Origin: Enoplolaimus lenunculus
Lineage: Eukaryota
NCBI GenBank assembly: GCA_030248215.1
Contig: JASANG010001276.1
Coordinates: 186,001 to 250,000 of the forward strand
DNA length: 64,000 bases
Direction of reading: 5' to 3'
Every line of letters begins with the position of its first letter. Position 1 is the first letter of the stretch. The notes beneath the pieces are model-generated. The model did not search any database. It worked only from the letters and a program-made list of their open reading frames with translations, and was not told where the DNA came from. Shown here piece by piece: positions 13,286 through 26,580 of the stretch. The position numbers and the translations under genes were made by a program.

Positions 13286-13604
13286 GGCCCATGTTACTAT
13301 AAAGGCCGTCCCAATTTTCCGGGACACAAACATACCCGGAGTGCACACTTTTATGCGCTCCTGTTTACATATGCTCAGGCAGATATATTTACGTAGGATT
13401 TATATGTCCCAAGTGTCCCGTTTGTCCCATCTGTCCAAACTGACCCATCTGTCCCACTGTCACATCTGTCCTAACTGTCCCGCTGTCCCAATTATATTTT
13501 TTGAATGTACTCCTGGTACATTGCTCTCCCGGGAAAATGGAACGGTTACTCCTGGTACATTTCTGTGCCGGGAAAATGGGACGGTCTTTAAAGTAACATT
13601 GGCC
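13286..13604 (+). mobile_element. GGCC-TIR MITE carrying TGTCCC-type repeats
   Basis: TIRs ggcccatgttactataaaggccgtccc / gggacggtctttaaagtaacattggcc. Perfect 8-bp TSD CAAATTAG (13278-13285, 13605-13612). Confidence 0.88.
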
Positions 13605-14557
13605 CAAATTAGCATCATACTCAGTTAGGCTTGGCGTCTTATTAAATCAAGAGCGGTCTGAATTTAAAATGACGCCCAGTATGTAATCTCGCACCGCTAC
13701 TTGGCATATGTATATAAGTAGGTTTTGTTTCTTAGGCAATGAAAATTCTTCCAAAAAAATTTACACAATAGCATTTCGGATATCCGGATACACATTTCTT
13801 TTCGCATACATATCAGGATACTTTTCATATCCGGATATCCGGTGCCCATCTAAAAAGTATTATCAACTCTTGGTTATATTAATTCTAAATGTCCTTCTAC
13901 AAAAGATAGTTGAATACTGAAAATTTTCTCTATTTTTAACAAAGGTATTTACACCAGCCGCGCCATACCACTTACGACTCAAAATGCTAAAATGAGTGCT
14001 TTTAGTATAAGTTCAGCTAAAAACAACAAATCGGCGCTAATACATTTTACTAAAAAATGTCAACCACCGCATTGTGCAGAACGCCAGCGACATAAATATA
14101 ATAAATATTAACAATCTAAATTAGAAATTAAAACTGCCATACTGTTGGTTTCAAAAAACTCAATACTTTGACAAAATCGTGTTGACACAAATAGGTTTGA
14201 GTCCATATTTCATGCTTATTGGGTTTCTTCGAAAATAACACAATAACAAGATCAGGCTTGAGTATAAGCTTATTTTTACGCTTAAGCTCTAGCTTAGGAA
14301 TATCCTTATACTTACTGCCGCGACACTGTTCTATACATTGGCCGTAAAAGATATTTATAGCATATTTCAGTAGATGAAGAAAAAATAATTATAATTCGTT
14401 TTGACTTACTCTATTACTCCCCCTTGATGAAGATCATTGCTCTTAAAAGCAAGTATAATATTTCAGATTGCACAGCAGAATCATTGCAGAACATCCTGTC
14501 ACGAATGAGCTGAAAAGTTGTCAAAAAAGCCAGCTTTCACCATAATATGCTTCACTA

Positions 14558-17500
14558 TCACACATACATTTCAGAGACTTCAGAAACATCGTTTTGAGCA
14601 ATTGACGCGCATGTTAGTGTGTCAGGCCGACACGGGTATACTTTAATAGGCAAATCCCACATTAGAGTTTCAACGTTTAGCGTTTGCGCTGCAGACCATG
14701 CAACTGAATCATCTGCATAAGCGGAACAAACACCGTCAGGGTCAGAAGTTACAACAAATTCAAAGTGAAGCCGCCAACGAACGTGTATAAGATCAGTGAA
14801 GAATGTTGCCGGAGCAGAAATCGGAATCTGGACGCTAAGTTGACATGTACACGTGTGTAAACAAAAATGATGACTTTTAGCATGACTGGAAATGAAAGGC
14901 GATTGATCTTGTTTTGGCCTAAAAAGCAATATGCGCACATATATAATATACATTAGGGTTGCATCCGTATCCGGGTTTTCTGGTAATTTGGCGTATTTTC
15001 GCCGAAAAATTCCAGGTTCGGGTCCGGGTTTTCGCTTCAAGAAATTCCGGGTCCGAGTTTTCGCTTCAAGAAATTCCGGGTCCGGGTTTTCACAACAAAT
15101 TATTTCGGATCCGGGTCTACAAAAATACCCAAAATAAAATAGCTTAGTGATTTTAACACCCCGCGCCTACATTCTGAATAATGACTGTGTCGTACCTAAA
15201 TTAAATAGGTTAAAGAATTCATCAAATACTTGCACAACCAACGCTAACTGTGTCAAATACAATAGAAACAAAACACTCCCAACATGTATTTTAAGACAAC
15301 TATCGTATATCGTATGTGAAAGCAAACTGCAGAAGGAAATATTTAGTCAACAGGCTTCACCTTTTAGTAATAAATCACCTACGTAGATATACTTATATAT
15401 AAATAATATGTGTGTACATATCGTTCACCCAAACAGATATTTGCCCCAGTTGGCGACTGGGATGTCCCAAACGGCAATTGCTGTTCGGAGCAGTTGGAAC
15501 GTCCCAGTTGTCAACTGGGGCAAGTAGCTGTTTGGGGTACGATATGTATCAGGATGCGACCGGATACCAAAAAATGACGCAGCCGAATAACCTGATATCC
15601 GACGGACTAGATTGCATTCAAATATCAGAACGTAGCTAACAATTCTTCCTTTCGTGGCTTAAGGTCTCCAAAGTGTTTACATAATCAAGCTTAATACTTC
15701 ACACCGATGCATTTTTATTACTGTAACAACGACCCTATTCCACTATTCTATGGTTTTGTAGCGTTGCCTACAGTTGCAATATTTGTTTGGCACATGTTTT
15801 TAAGGGCATACCGTTTTCCGTAGGCACTGTAACATAGAAATGTCTATGATTAAGACTACTATTTTTGCTTCCGGTTCCGGTATAAACCTACCGGATACGG
15901 AATATTTGCGGTGGTGTTCCAAATATCATACAACTGCTTTTAACATGTCGAAATACTAGATATTTTGCAGCGACTGCAATTCCGGGCACAAATACTTCCA
16001 ACAGTTCACAGATTTATAACCTATATACGGTTAATATGTGGCTCAGGTGGTTCAGATATCCGGTTAAATTAATATGCGGTCGATCCCTGATATTATGTAT
16101 GTCAGGATGCGATAGGATACCAAAAGATGCCGGAACCGGAGTTGGATAGTCTCAAGTTTTCCAGCATTATTGAAACACAATAAAGGTTTTAAACGTACTC
16201 GGACGCATGCAAACATTTACATTACCTATATGACGGAAAAATATGTAAAAGTATGTCAATCCGTTCCATGGTATTTGGCATAACTATAAAAATTATGGTT
16301 TCAATTTTTTGAAGTTTTAAAAAACATCCAGTAAGTTAAAATAGCGAAGCCGGATATCCGGTCGCACCCTGGTGTATGTATGTTTATATACAATATGTAT
16401 AGCTGTATATACCTATATGTTCGTATATATGTGTATCAGGGTACAACCGAAATTCCGGTTCCGGCATTATTTCACCTTCCGGTTCCGATAAATTTTACCG
16501 GAATTAAAAATTCCGGTATTAAAATTTTGATCGGTACAAATTAAGTTGTTTTATTAAATTGTCGATAAAAATGAAATAGATTTCATTAGTATAAGATGTA
16601 AATCTTGACAATCACCGAAAATAAACCATCGAAGGTATGTGTGTATATGTATATATGTAAAATTATATATGTGTGGTATGCGTATTTGTATATGTAATGT
16701 GTATATCTTATGTCTATAAACCGTCAAAAACAAAAATCATCATGAGGATAAAGTATACAAAAGTATATTTAAAATAGCTTGAAAATTGTTCACTAAATTC
16801 ACTAAAACATAGAAGTGCTAGCATCAAAAGAGATTTATCTGCGTAAATACATGTGGATGGACAACCACAGTTACTTAAAGCAGTTTTAAAACACGGTTTA
16901 ATGCCAACCTGTACTCTTCCAGAACATCTTCTTCAGACTGCAATTCGGCTAAATACTGGACGCATCGAGTTGGTCCCCGTGTGTCGAATTCAAAAAAACC
17001 GATCACATCATCACCGAGTTTATAGCAACTTTTTAAGATTGTAAATCTGCCAACACGGCCAATACCCGTTGTAATATTGTAAACATGATAATTTCGACTT
17101 GCAGTGTATGTTTCAATCAAATCATTTGCAAATTCTAATGCATCAGTGCAAGATGTATTTGCACGACAGTCGTTTGAGTTGATATCAGAAAGAAACGGAT
17201 TCAATGGTCGAAATTCGCTGCGACCGCCGCAACCTATTAAAACAAAAAAGCACTCAACTATTAATAGCGATGCAACAAGTTGCTACTTTTTTCGTATGCA
17301 CCTCATGAATTCACTGTTTTCTATTTCACTTTCAGACTCCTGATTCGAGTGATTCAGTTAAATCATTTTTATACAACAAACATTGTGTATTATATTGTAT
17401 ATATCATCAACAAGACATGTGTGTATGTACGTATGTACCTCCATCTTTGACAGAAGCAAATCCATCCAAAACTAAAACTCTGAGAGGAACAGTAAGTGTT

Positions 17501-19033
17501 TTGATTGGAACGCCAGGACGCTGTAGCGCCACTGTCAGTTTATAACGATACTGAACTGCTTTGCCAATCCACGAAGGCACAATATCCTCAACGGGGAGCG
17601 GCTCTATGTAGCGAAACTCTCTGGTTTCTCCAGATGCAATTTTCACGTCAGCACACAAAATGGACGGTTTCGATGAATATATCCAAACTAAAATTATATA
17701 TATATATATATATTCAAGTTGCATACGAGTTCGCGTCAAAACACAAAACCCCCAAGAAAAAATTCTAGTATTAAAATAAAAATTGGTGCGCGAAAATTTG
17801 ATTAAACACAAGGAGTAATCCATCGAGCTTGGAGTATCCACTGTTAAACCGTTCTGTACATATTTGAGACCCCATTTCTCAAAATTATAAAACGATTTTT
17901 AAAATAAAAACAATACAATTAATTCTGCTTACGACTGACGCTAAACCAACACTGTAAACATTTATAGATACTGAGTTTGTAACATATATAGTTCAATCCT
18001 CCACAAACTCACGCAGTTCGGTGTCCACAAAAATGTGCCATTTGGAATTAAAAATCGTCTCTCTGCATAAGCAGTGTAATCTCGCAGGCGGCAACCGGAA
18101 TTCCGATTAAAATTCAAATTCAAAACGAGTTACGATTCCGATTCCGATTGCACAACCAGTTCTGCTTTGCACCATGTAATCTCGTATACCTAAATTTATA
18201 CTTACTTGAATCAGATTCACTGCATGTCTGATCCAGGGCAGTAGCTGCACTGGAATGTGCTGATGGATGTAACTTCGATTTCGGAAGGCGAATGCGCGAT
18301 GGAGTTACCGTTTGAGAACAGTGAACTTGGCAGCAAAGCCAAGCCACTAATTCTCCACTAGAATCATTTGACGAATCTACAATAATATTTATTAGATTCA
18401 TGAGTATCAAAACCACATTAACAAGGACACATGTTTGACAGCTAAACTTCACGTTCAAAACACAGGATTAATCAATCATGTATACCGGAGTGCAACCGGA
18501 ATTCCGATTCCGATTAAAATTCCTGATCAAAACGAGTTACGATTCCCATTGCACAATCAATTCGAATCGGAATAAAAAATTATAGAGTTCATTCTACTTA
18601 TTTGCAAAGAATAACAATAATTGATTCTATTTATCTTTACACAACCAAAAATCATCGTCAATTTGTTCATGCGACGTTTTTGTTTATTGATGCAAGACAA
18701 CAGACACAAAATAATATTTTAGTTAATAGTAATAAATTATCCGCATACTAACACTAACAAAGTTTGTAGTGCTGATTCCGATTCCAGTACCTACAAATTT
18801 GCTATTCCGTCTCTGATATAATTCAGTTCTGCTTTGGCCCTGATGAAACGTAACAAATATAACATTGAAAAACTCAAACAAAACCATAAAAATTTTTAAC
18901 GAAATTTAAAACAAACAAAAATTGTTATACCACACATACTGTTGTTCTCTATTGATACATCAAATATCACTGATTCGCCATTTAAATACGTAGTGCCGGC
19001 ACGTGCAGGGTGCACCGATAGCTTTAATACCAT
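14558..19033 (-). CDS. RGP1: RGP1 homologue (Ric1-Rgp1 RAB6 GEF subunit), 5 coding exons
   Basis: Exons (minus): 19033-18940, 18376-18206, 17687-17439, 17233-16909, 14918-14558. Recognisable motifs: YLNGESV, VAWLCCQVHC, PSILCADVKIASGE, PSWIGKAVQYRYKLTVALQR, VPLRVLVL, KSCYKLGDDVIGFF, VRWRLHFEFV, VETLMWDLPIKVYP. Confidence 0.9.
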
Positions 19034-22033
19034 ATGAACGTTCAGTATATGGAACGCACATAAATCTTCACAGTAACAAAACCTAAAAGCGTCAACACAA
19101 GGACATGAAAATGCAAACGGTATTGGTTAGGGTGCAACCGGATATCCGGTTTCGGAATAATATCCGGCAAAAACTGATATCCGTTCCGGTATGAACTTCA
19201 TAATATACGAAAACCTTTAACGCGCTAAACATACAGCAGAAAATAAATTATATAAACAGTAAATTACGTATGCAGAATTAACGGGATTTAAAATATACGT
19301 GTAATAAGATAACCATGATAATTTGGGACAACAATGCCGCCAAAATATACAAAATTTTACTTAATTAACGTGATCTTAATGCCGGAGTGCGTCGGCATGC
19401 CAAAAAATATTGGAGTGCCACTGGGTGTGGGTATGATACACTATATAGGCAGAGTCAGAGTCGAGTGGCAAGTACGCATCTTAATAACACTAAAAATAAA
19501 AGCGCAAATGTACAGTGCCAATCATCAGCGTTCAAGATCGACAATATATGTCGATAGGTATGCTGCCGGCAAGCATGAAACTCAGGGCATTCCGGTGGCA
19601 GGAGGAGGAGGAGGAAGATAAAGTATAACTTTGAAGTAGCGCTCAATAGTGTGCTGCTTTTTGAATCATTACAATTGCGACAAAAAATTAAACAATCAAA
19701 TACACGACGGGCAAGTAGCCAGAGGAGCAAAAGGGTTCAGCCCACGGAAACTTTTGGCCCCCCTGGAAAATCTTCAACATTGCTTGTAAGACATCGAAAA
19801 CCCTTGTGTGCCCAGCCTGAAAAGGTTTTAATTCCCCAAACAACGTGAGCTGGTTACGTGCGCAATATACGAAAGAATGACTATACGCGAAATCTTTTGC
19901 AAAAGACAATCAGAACTGGATTACATTTTTAATATACCACCTAGCTACATAATTAGGAATACCATACGTTCCATGAAAACAAGACGACAGGTTTGGCCAA
20001 AAATAATTGTGGTGGCCTTCCCATCATGACACAGAATAAATGAAGGACGGAGACTTGAACCTAGGCTTTGGTTTAAGTTTAGACGTAGGGTTTGAGTTTT
20101 TAAACTTGCGCTTAGATTTTCAACTACGTTTTTGCTCATAGCTTAGGTATAGGATGCAGGCCCTTATAATTAACAGACACAAATTTTATATGGTAGAATT
20201 TAAGTTTCTCAGTTTGTTTTGCACAGCATGCTATGTGACATATGGCTAACGATGCGATGTGACGTTTGGTTGCACGTAGAACAAATTCCATATCATCCCA
20301 AACAAAAGATATTATTCTGTTTGCTGTTGGCCACCAATTCATTTTCATCGCGATGTTTCCGAAGTTGTGCTATCAATTCTCATTTATATCGACGATTTTT
20401 CGCTGCTTTATTATAAAGAATATTTTTTGACATGCGAAAACTGGGGACAAAAATGGTTAATTTCAAAACCAACAAGCAACCTCTAAAGGGGTAAGGGAGA
20501 CAGGGCCCTCACCTAAATAATGTATTTTAATGTTCGTGAAAAACTTCAAGATTAAAGTCGAAGGTGAAACCGGACTATTAATGTTGAAGTGGCAAACGTC
20601 CAATTTGCAAAGTATTGCAAGAAAATCATGTTTAACCCCTTCTCAATGGAGTTGTCTGTAGGCAACTCAGCGCAGTGTATATACGTTAAATAGTATATAT
20701 CGCACCGTGTTTAACAATTGCAACACGTATACATAGTACTAAAACTACATTTCCTTGAACATTTTGATAGCCACGTTTAGCCACTCGTGGTAGTGCTTAC
20801 GAAAGTGTCGCAGAGAATCGGAATCAACCGGGGAAAGAAACTATACAATAAACTCTTTCGGGGGCAAATTAAACGAATATAGATTTAGATAAGATATCGT
20901 TACTGTTCAACATCTTTGATACAAGTACTGTATTGACCCGAATAAGAGAGGGACTGATATTTATTTGGCCTCTGCAGAGGGTACCCCCTCTTGTTATTCG
21001 GTACGGACTGTTATTTATTTTTATCCCACGCTCGACTGCCCTTCGTTACTGATATATATATATATATTTATATATATATATGCCAAAAACCAAAAAATGC
21101 TATATGACCGTGCTCCAGAAATTTTTCATTTTAAAAGAGACGGCCTTCAGGCCGTATCAAAAATCACTATCTACATAAAAACTAATTGCAAACGGCCATG
21201 GTTGGAGTCTTTTACCAACACTTTCCCTCACATTTAAGGTTAAGGCTTGGGCTTAGACAGATAATTCGGCGGAATGAATCGCTCAGTGAGTCGAATTTGA
21301 CTCTGGCGGAGTCGAATTTGACTCGGCCTGTGTACTCCGGAAAAGCCTATTTCGGAGAAGAGAGTCAATTTGACTCTACATTTTTTGCAGCGTGTTCAGG
21401 GGAGTGGGCTGCATCAACCTCAACCGTCACCGAAAATTTCTTTATTTACCTTTGCAAAATGGCCTGAAGTTGGATTTTGGGGGGCGGGCAACTCTAAGCA
21501 CCCCACCTTTTTACCGTAAAGACGATGATGAAACATGTAATAGTTTCAGTCGGGAACATTAAATACTTGAAGCGGATTTGGTTCTAGCAACGCATGCACA
21601 TGTAAAAAGCGCCAACCTTAGCATTTCAGCGTTGTGTGTCCTTAAACAGAACCGCAGGCTACGTCAGGATATGTGTTTGTTTTGAGCTTTCCCGTAAATT
21701 TTTTTTGGAACTTAAATTAGCTTCATCATCTGTTCCTCAAATTGTAGGCGGTAAAAGGGGTTTGCTTAGTTTTGTTATTTAAATTAAGCTTTCACTGTGC
21801 TTAATGATATTCGCCAGCGGTAGGTAATTTATTTTTACATAGGATAATTTCGGTTTTGTGCTGCGTAAATCTGACCGGAGATCTCTTTTTAACGGTTGAT
21901 ATTCATGTCATTTTGGTAAGTAAAACTCTGCGTCTTATGCCACCCCAATACCAAGGTAAACCGTAGCAGTTGTAGTAAATCGTCACACATATAGCTTTCG
22001 TGGTTGCCTGTCGGTCTATGAGTCAAAAATTTC

Positions 22034-22253
22034 GACCCTTTTAAAGATCAGGGGTGGAACGTTTTTATGTGGGACTAGAATAAAGCAAGCTTAAGCTCTT
22101 TAGACTAATTGTTTTTGCTTGGTTTAGATTTAAGCTTTAGGCTTTAGCCTTAGGAATAAAGTTATTCTTACGGTTTAGGTTTAGGCTTAGGCTTAGGCTT
22201 ACGCTTAGGAATATACTTATAATACTGTTCCGCCCCTGTTCTTTACATTGGTA
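22034..22253 (+). mobile_element. GGCC-TIR MITE with TTAGGC repeats
   Basis: Family TIRs (taaagatcaggggtggaac / gttccgcccctgttctttacattgg). Near-TSD AAAATTTC/AAAATTTG. (TTAGGC)n at ~22181-22200. Confidence 0.8.
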
Positions 22254-22571
22254 AAAATTTGAGTTTTGTTTTTTAAAACGGGTCGATAGTTTGAAACTGA
22301 GAATTGAAATTTGACTCAGGTTGTGTAGTTAAGAAAAGACTATTTTGGAAAGAGTCAATTTGACTCACCATTTTTTGCAGTGTACGTGCCTAGTTCCGAC
22401 TCTGCATTTTTATAGTTGTGTACTATTCGGTGTTCTTTAATATCATGTTGATCGCTGAAATATCATAAACGTAGCATTTGCGTTGCGTATTCTCGCAATG
22501 TATATGAACCCGTTTTAGGAGCACTATGAAATCAAAGAAGGATGCACGATCCTTAGATGGCAATTCACATA

Positions 22572-22757
22572 CACTGCAAAAAATGGTGAGTCAAATTGAC
22601 TCTTTGCGAAATAGGCTCTACGGGACTACACAAACTGAGAGTCAAATTTGGCTCCGCCAGAGTGAAACGTGTGACTCATTGAGTCTATTTGACTCAGTTT
22701 GTGTAGTCCGAAAAGCCTATTTCAGAGAGTCAATCTGACTCACCAATTTTTGCAGTG
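22572..22757. mobile_element. CACTG-ended fold-back MITE with GAGTCAAATTGACTC subrepeats; other copies at 28219-28421, ~21290-21392 and ~22305-22382
   Basis: Long TIRs cactgcaaaaaatggtgagtcaaattgactc...gagtcaatctgactcaccaatttttgcagtg, mostly TA-flanked. Confidence 0.8.
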
Positions 22758-22869
22758 CACTTATACGTTGACTTTGAAGCAGGGCATTATAAAAGTTTAC
22801 GTATTAACTGAGCTTATTTATTAATTCAGTCTCATACCTATAGATATAAATATAGATTCCTGATAACGT

Positions 22870-23676
22870 TCACAATTCTTGATATGTAATATTAGATTCG
22901 TCGTCCCAGCTGAACCAGTTACGTGCCCAAAATACTGAAATGAACGCAACGTTAGTTGCAAAATAGATAACAATTACGAGGAATGCCACTGATTTGACAA
23001 TAACGTAGCATAATAGAAAAATTAAAAAACTCAGAAAACTTGAGACGAGCAATGCTGGCCGAACATTTTGCCGTTCGAGAGGACGTTCGAACAGTATAAA
23101 ATTAGCCACGTAAGCAAATGAGTTCATGTTCCATGATCCTGACAGTCCGTTGTAGAACGCATACGGAAACGGTATAAGAATACCGAACAAACGATCCGCT
23201 ACGTCCCAAGCTGAAGGGCAATCAGTATTTGTCGACAAATGGCGCATGGTTCTATCATCGGATCCTTTAGGCTGTCTATTTAGCGTACCTCCAACTTCCC
23301 AATCATAGCTTCTTATACTTCCATCGTCTTTCATATTGTCCGTAGTGTAGCTTGATCTGTTCGTGTGAGGTTCATGTCCTAACTTTAAGCCAGATGGCAA
23401 ATGCCCCGTAGACAAATTGTGCAGTTCGGAGTAAGAACCTCCTGATTGTCCATGAGATGATTCCGGCTTTCTGTCTTGACGATGATTCAAAATATGATTA
23501 CTTGTCTCTACGGCAACACCAAATTCACACCCTTCTGATTCTGTTAACTGAAACGGATCATGCCGATTACAGTCAGATATGAGGTTTGTTTCGCTTCCGT
23601 TGCTGCTGTCCAAACTGCTGACATGACTTTGTAGGTTAAGCACATATGACTCGCAGGCATCGCGAGACTGTGACAT
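22870..23676 (-). CDS. Intronless hypothetical membrane protein (~268 aa): polar N-terminal region, hydrophobic C-terminal segments, ends in YQEL
   Basis: 807-nt non-repetitive ORF in AT-rich DNA. The ATG at 23676 (context aaacaATG) lies 11 nt downstream of a tttgcag acceptor-like site. The upstream in-frame extension to 23820 is AT-rich and looks non-coding. No family recognised. Confidence 0.6.
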   Translation of the reverse strand: MSQSRDACESYVLNLQSHVSSLDSSNGSETNLISDCNRHDPFQLTESEGCEFGVAVETSNHILNHRQDRKPESSHGQSGGSYSELHNLSTGHLPSGLKLGHEPHTNRSSYTTDNMKDDGSIRSYDWEVGGTLNRQPKGSDDRTMRHLSTNTDCPSAWDVADRLFGILIPFPYAFYNGLSGSWNMNSFAYVANFILFERPLERQNVRPALLVSSFLSFLIFLLCYVIVKSVAFLVIVIYFATNVAFISVFWARNWFSWDDESNITYQEL

Positions 23677-24109
23677 TGTTTTGTTTGCTGCAAAGAGTTC
23701 GAAGAATTCGATAAAAATAATAGAGATTTTTAATAAATAGTTATGATATTTTAAATTATACTGGATGGATACTACTACTACTACTACTATTAAATCGCTA
23801 AATAAGCATAACTGACACAAAAAATATATTATAAGCAGCCAAAGTATATATCGAATTTGTTTAAAGTCTGTCTATGCATAGCAGTGATCACGGTTATTGT
23901 AGTAAAATTACAATTTATGCATATTTGATATTTCGAATTTTTAAAATTATGCCTATTATTTTTTTGCTGCCCGCATTTGAGGCAAATATTGAAATTTTAC
24001 CTACAACTGAACAGTTAATTCCTCGCTGTCGCCCCAAAATTCCACCGCTGCGTCGTAAGGATTTGATGTAGCCGGTGAAATTATGGGATTTCGATGATAT
24101 AAAGAGCCG

Positions 24110-24530
24110 GAGGGAGGTTGTAATTTCGGGATGTGATCGAAGGCAAGATTTTTGAATTTCGAAACTTGGTCGTTGATAAGATTTTGGATTTTTAGGATAT
24201 GGTCGAAGGTAGTATTTCTTCGGGATGTTGCGATTTCGAGATATTGTCGAATGTAGTATATTGGAACTTTGGAATTTCGACATATAGTCGAATGTAGCGT
24301 TTTAGGATTTTGAGATTTCAGGATATGGTCGAATGGAGGATTTAGGATTTTCGGGATATGGTCGAAGGTAGGATTTTCGGGATACGGTCGAAGGTAGGAT
24401 TTTGAGATTTCGGTATATGGTCGAAGGTGGAATTTTGAGATTTTGGTGATTCCGGAATATGTTCCTAGGTACGGTATTGGGGATTTCGGTATTTGTCGAA
24501 GGCGGAATTTTAGGATTTCGGTACGTGGCA
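24110..24530. repeat. Degenerate minisatellite (GATATGGTCGAAGGTAGGATTTTGAGATTTCGG-like, 24-33 bp units)
   Basis: Repeated ggtcgaagg...gatttcgg motifs. Source of the FDHIPK-repeat ORFs. Confidence 0.85.
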
Positions 24531-25077
24531 TTTTTGAATCTCAGAAGATGTGATCGCGTGCGGAAATTTGCGCGTAGTTTACATTAATTTGTGTACGCGG
24601 TATGGAAAATCTCAGTGGCTGTGGACGCTTGCTGATTGTAAGATTTCAAACGACTGGTACCTACGGGTAGTTGTTGTTTAAAACTTATTTTAACAAAACC
24701 TTCAAAATTATTAAAATTTGGTTGGGAGTCAACATGGGTATCTCCCTCTTATCACCCCCCCAATAATCGGGTCACTACAGTATATACTTATGCTTTAAAA
24801 TTTAGATGATAGCTATCAGAAGAATTTCTTACAAGTTTTTGTTTTGATAACTTACAATACCTACAAACGAAGCGTAAAACTACTATAAACGAAACGTATA
24901 GTACTTTAGTACTGCATATACCGCTTCGTTGATGTCTTAACGTACGCAAGCTGATGCGCAAACTTTAAAATTGTAACTGCAAACATGTTGCATGCCATTT
25001 CTGTTAGGCGATGCATCTCAAACTTTAGTTTGCCTGCGTTGTAGAGACAAACGTTGTAATGTAGTGAAGGTAGTTTG

Positions 25078-25260
25078 GGCCAATGTTTCTTTAAGGGGCG
25101 TAACAGTAGATTAAGCGTATTTCTAGGCCTAAGACTGTGTTCCTAAGCCTAAGCATAAGCCTAAGCCTAAGCCTAAGCAAAAGAAATGTAATATAGAATC
25201 TAATCTTACTGTTTTATGGACCCACCAGAAACCTGGACGCCCCTTAAAGTAACATGGGCC
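25078..25260 (-). mobile_element. GGCC-TIR MITE with (GCCTAA)n
   Basis: TIRs ggccaatgtttctttaaggggcg / cgccccttaaagtaacatgggcc. Perfect 8-bp TSD GTAGTTTG (25070-25077, 25261-25268). Confidence 0.9.
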
Positions 25261-26178
25261 GTAGTTTGTATAAAATGTCGGATATTTAACAACATGTGAT
25301 ACTTTTTTGATGAACCGCAATGGCGGATATTATTCTACGTATAAAGGACCAAAAACAGTATGTCCTTTAACAGTAGTACAACGAATTTCGCAAGCCTAAT
25401 CCTCAGTGTAAGGATAAACGTGCCTGCACACCAAGACATAAATCTGAGCCTAAAGCTTGAGGATAAGCATAAACCTAAGCCTATCATAAACCAAAGGAAG
25501 TAGTCTAAAGTTTAAGCTTTACTCTATTGCAGTCCTGCAGAAAGCGGTCAACTCTGATGTGAGCCGTTTAAGCGAATCGCTAAGTGCAAAGACGATATTT
25601 TATACGCTCGAAGCTGAGTCAAAATCGCTTTGATTGTCCTTTGTACGATATTTTCCGGTTCTCCAGCTATGTGTATCATCCGATCGACGCGATGAAGCCG
25701 ACCCTCAAGTTTTGAATTCGCTCCAACCACCTGAAACACACCGACACCAGAAGGCAACAAATGACAAATCCTCCTTTGTACCTCTCCCCGCATTGGTGGT
25801 TACCGTAGCGCTTTGGTGCGATTTCCAATCTGTATCCGCACTCTCTAATCGTCGTTTTATGCCACCCAGCGTCTTCTACGGCAGGCCAGACAGCTTTCCT
25901 TTGTGTTGGTTTTAACCAATCGCAGCGGATCACAAAACTGAATCGAGCGTAAATGTCCGCGACTGGCGGCTGACGTAACGACACCCGACTTCGGCTTCAG
26001 TATTAATTCCCACAATTTTACGGAAATTTCAGGCTTATTCGGATTTTCTGAAACGTCCCGCTTGCAATATTAATGCTACTACTCGTATTATTTCGCATAT
26101 ACTTTGTGCACTCGTATTAATATAAACAAATCGATTGCTGGTTCTTGTGAGCATTCTCTCACACGTTATACTGCGTGC

Positions 26179-26580
26179 CAGATTGCAACCGGAGGTGAAA
26201 AATACCGGAACAGGAGCCGGAGGTCAACGAAACTTGCCCGAGCTGAAGCCGGAGCCGGAACCGGAACCGGAGGTGAAGCCGAAGGTGAGGCGAAATTATA
26301 GGTAGTAAAAATGAAGGTTAATTAGTAATTTTTCCCAATATCTGCAATATCTTGTTGAGTGGTCCGGTGTTACGCTAATTTTTGCGAAATCTCGGAAATT
26401 CTTTCTTGGAAATTGTGACAAAAGCAAAACGATACACGCTAAACATAAATTTTGCAAAATTACGCAAATTTTTACTACCGAAATTGCCGGAACCTTCGGC
26501 AAAAATTCTACCCAAACCAGAGCCGGAGGCCGATATTCTGCCGGAGCCGGAGCCAAACGCAGACCTCCGGTTGTAAGCTG
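26179..26580 (+). mobile_element. hAT-like MITE (GCCGGA-rich subfamily)
   Basis: Homologous along its length to 43618-43923 and 45716-46060. Confidence 0.8.

Noticed and set aside
9441..14558. RGP1-DUSP12 operon
   Set aside because: The genes are co-oriented but separated by ~5 kb of transposon-derived DNA. Nothing in the sequence supports polycistronic transcription.
19334..19909. Small gene upstream of RGP1
   Set aside because: Only short overlapping ORFs with no recognisable homology, partly MITE-like sequence.
23915..24531. FDHIPK-repeat protein ORFs
   Set aside because: Translation of a degenerate minisatellite.
25548..25984. Coding exon(s) in a GC-richer intergenic patch
   Set aside because: Overlapping short ORFs with no recognisable domain or convincing splice sites.
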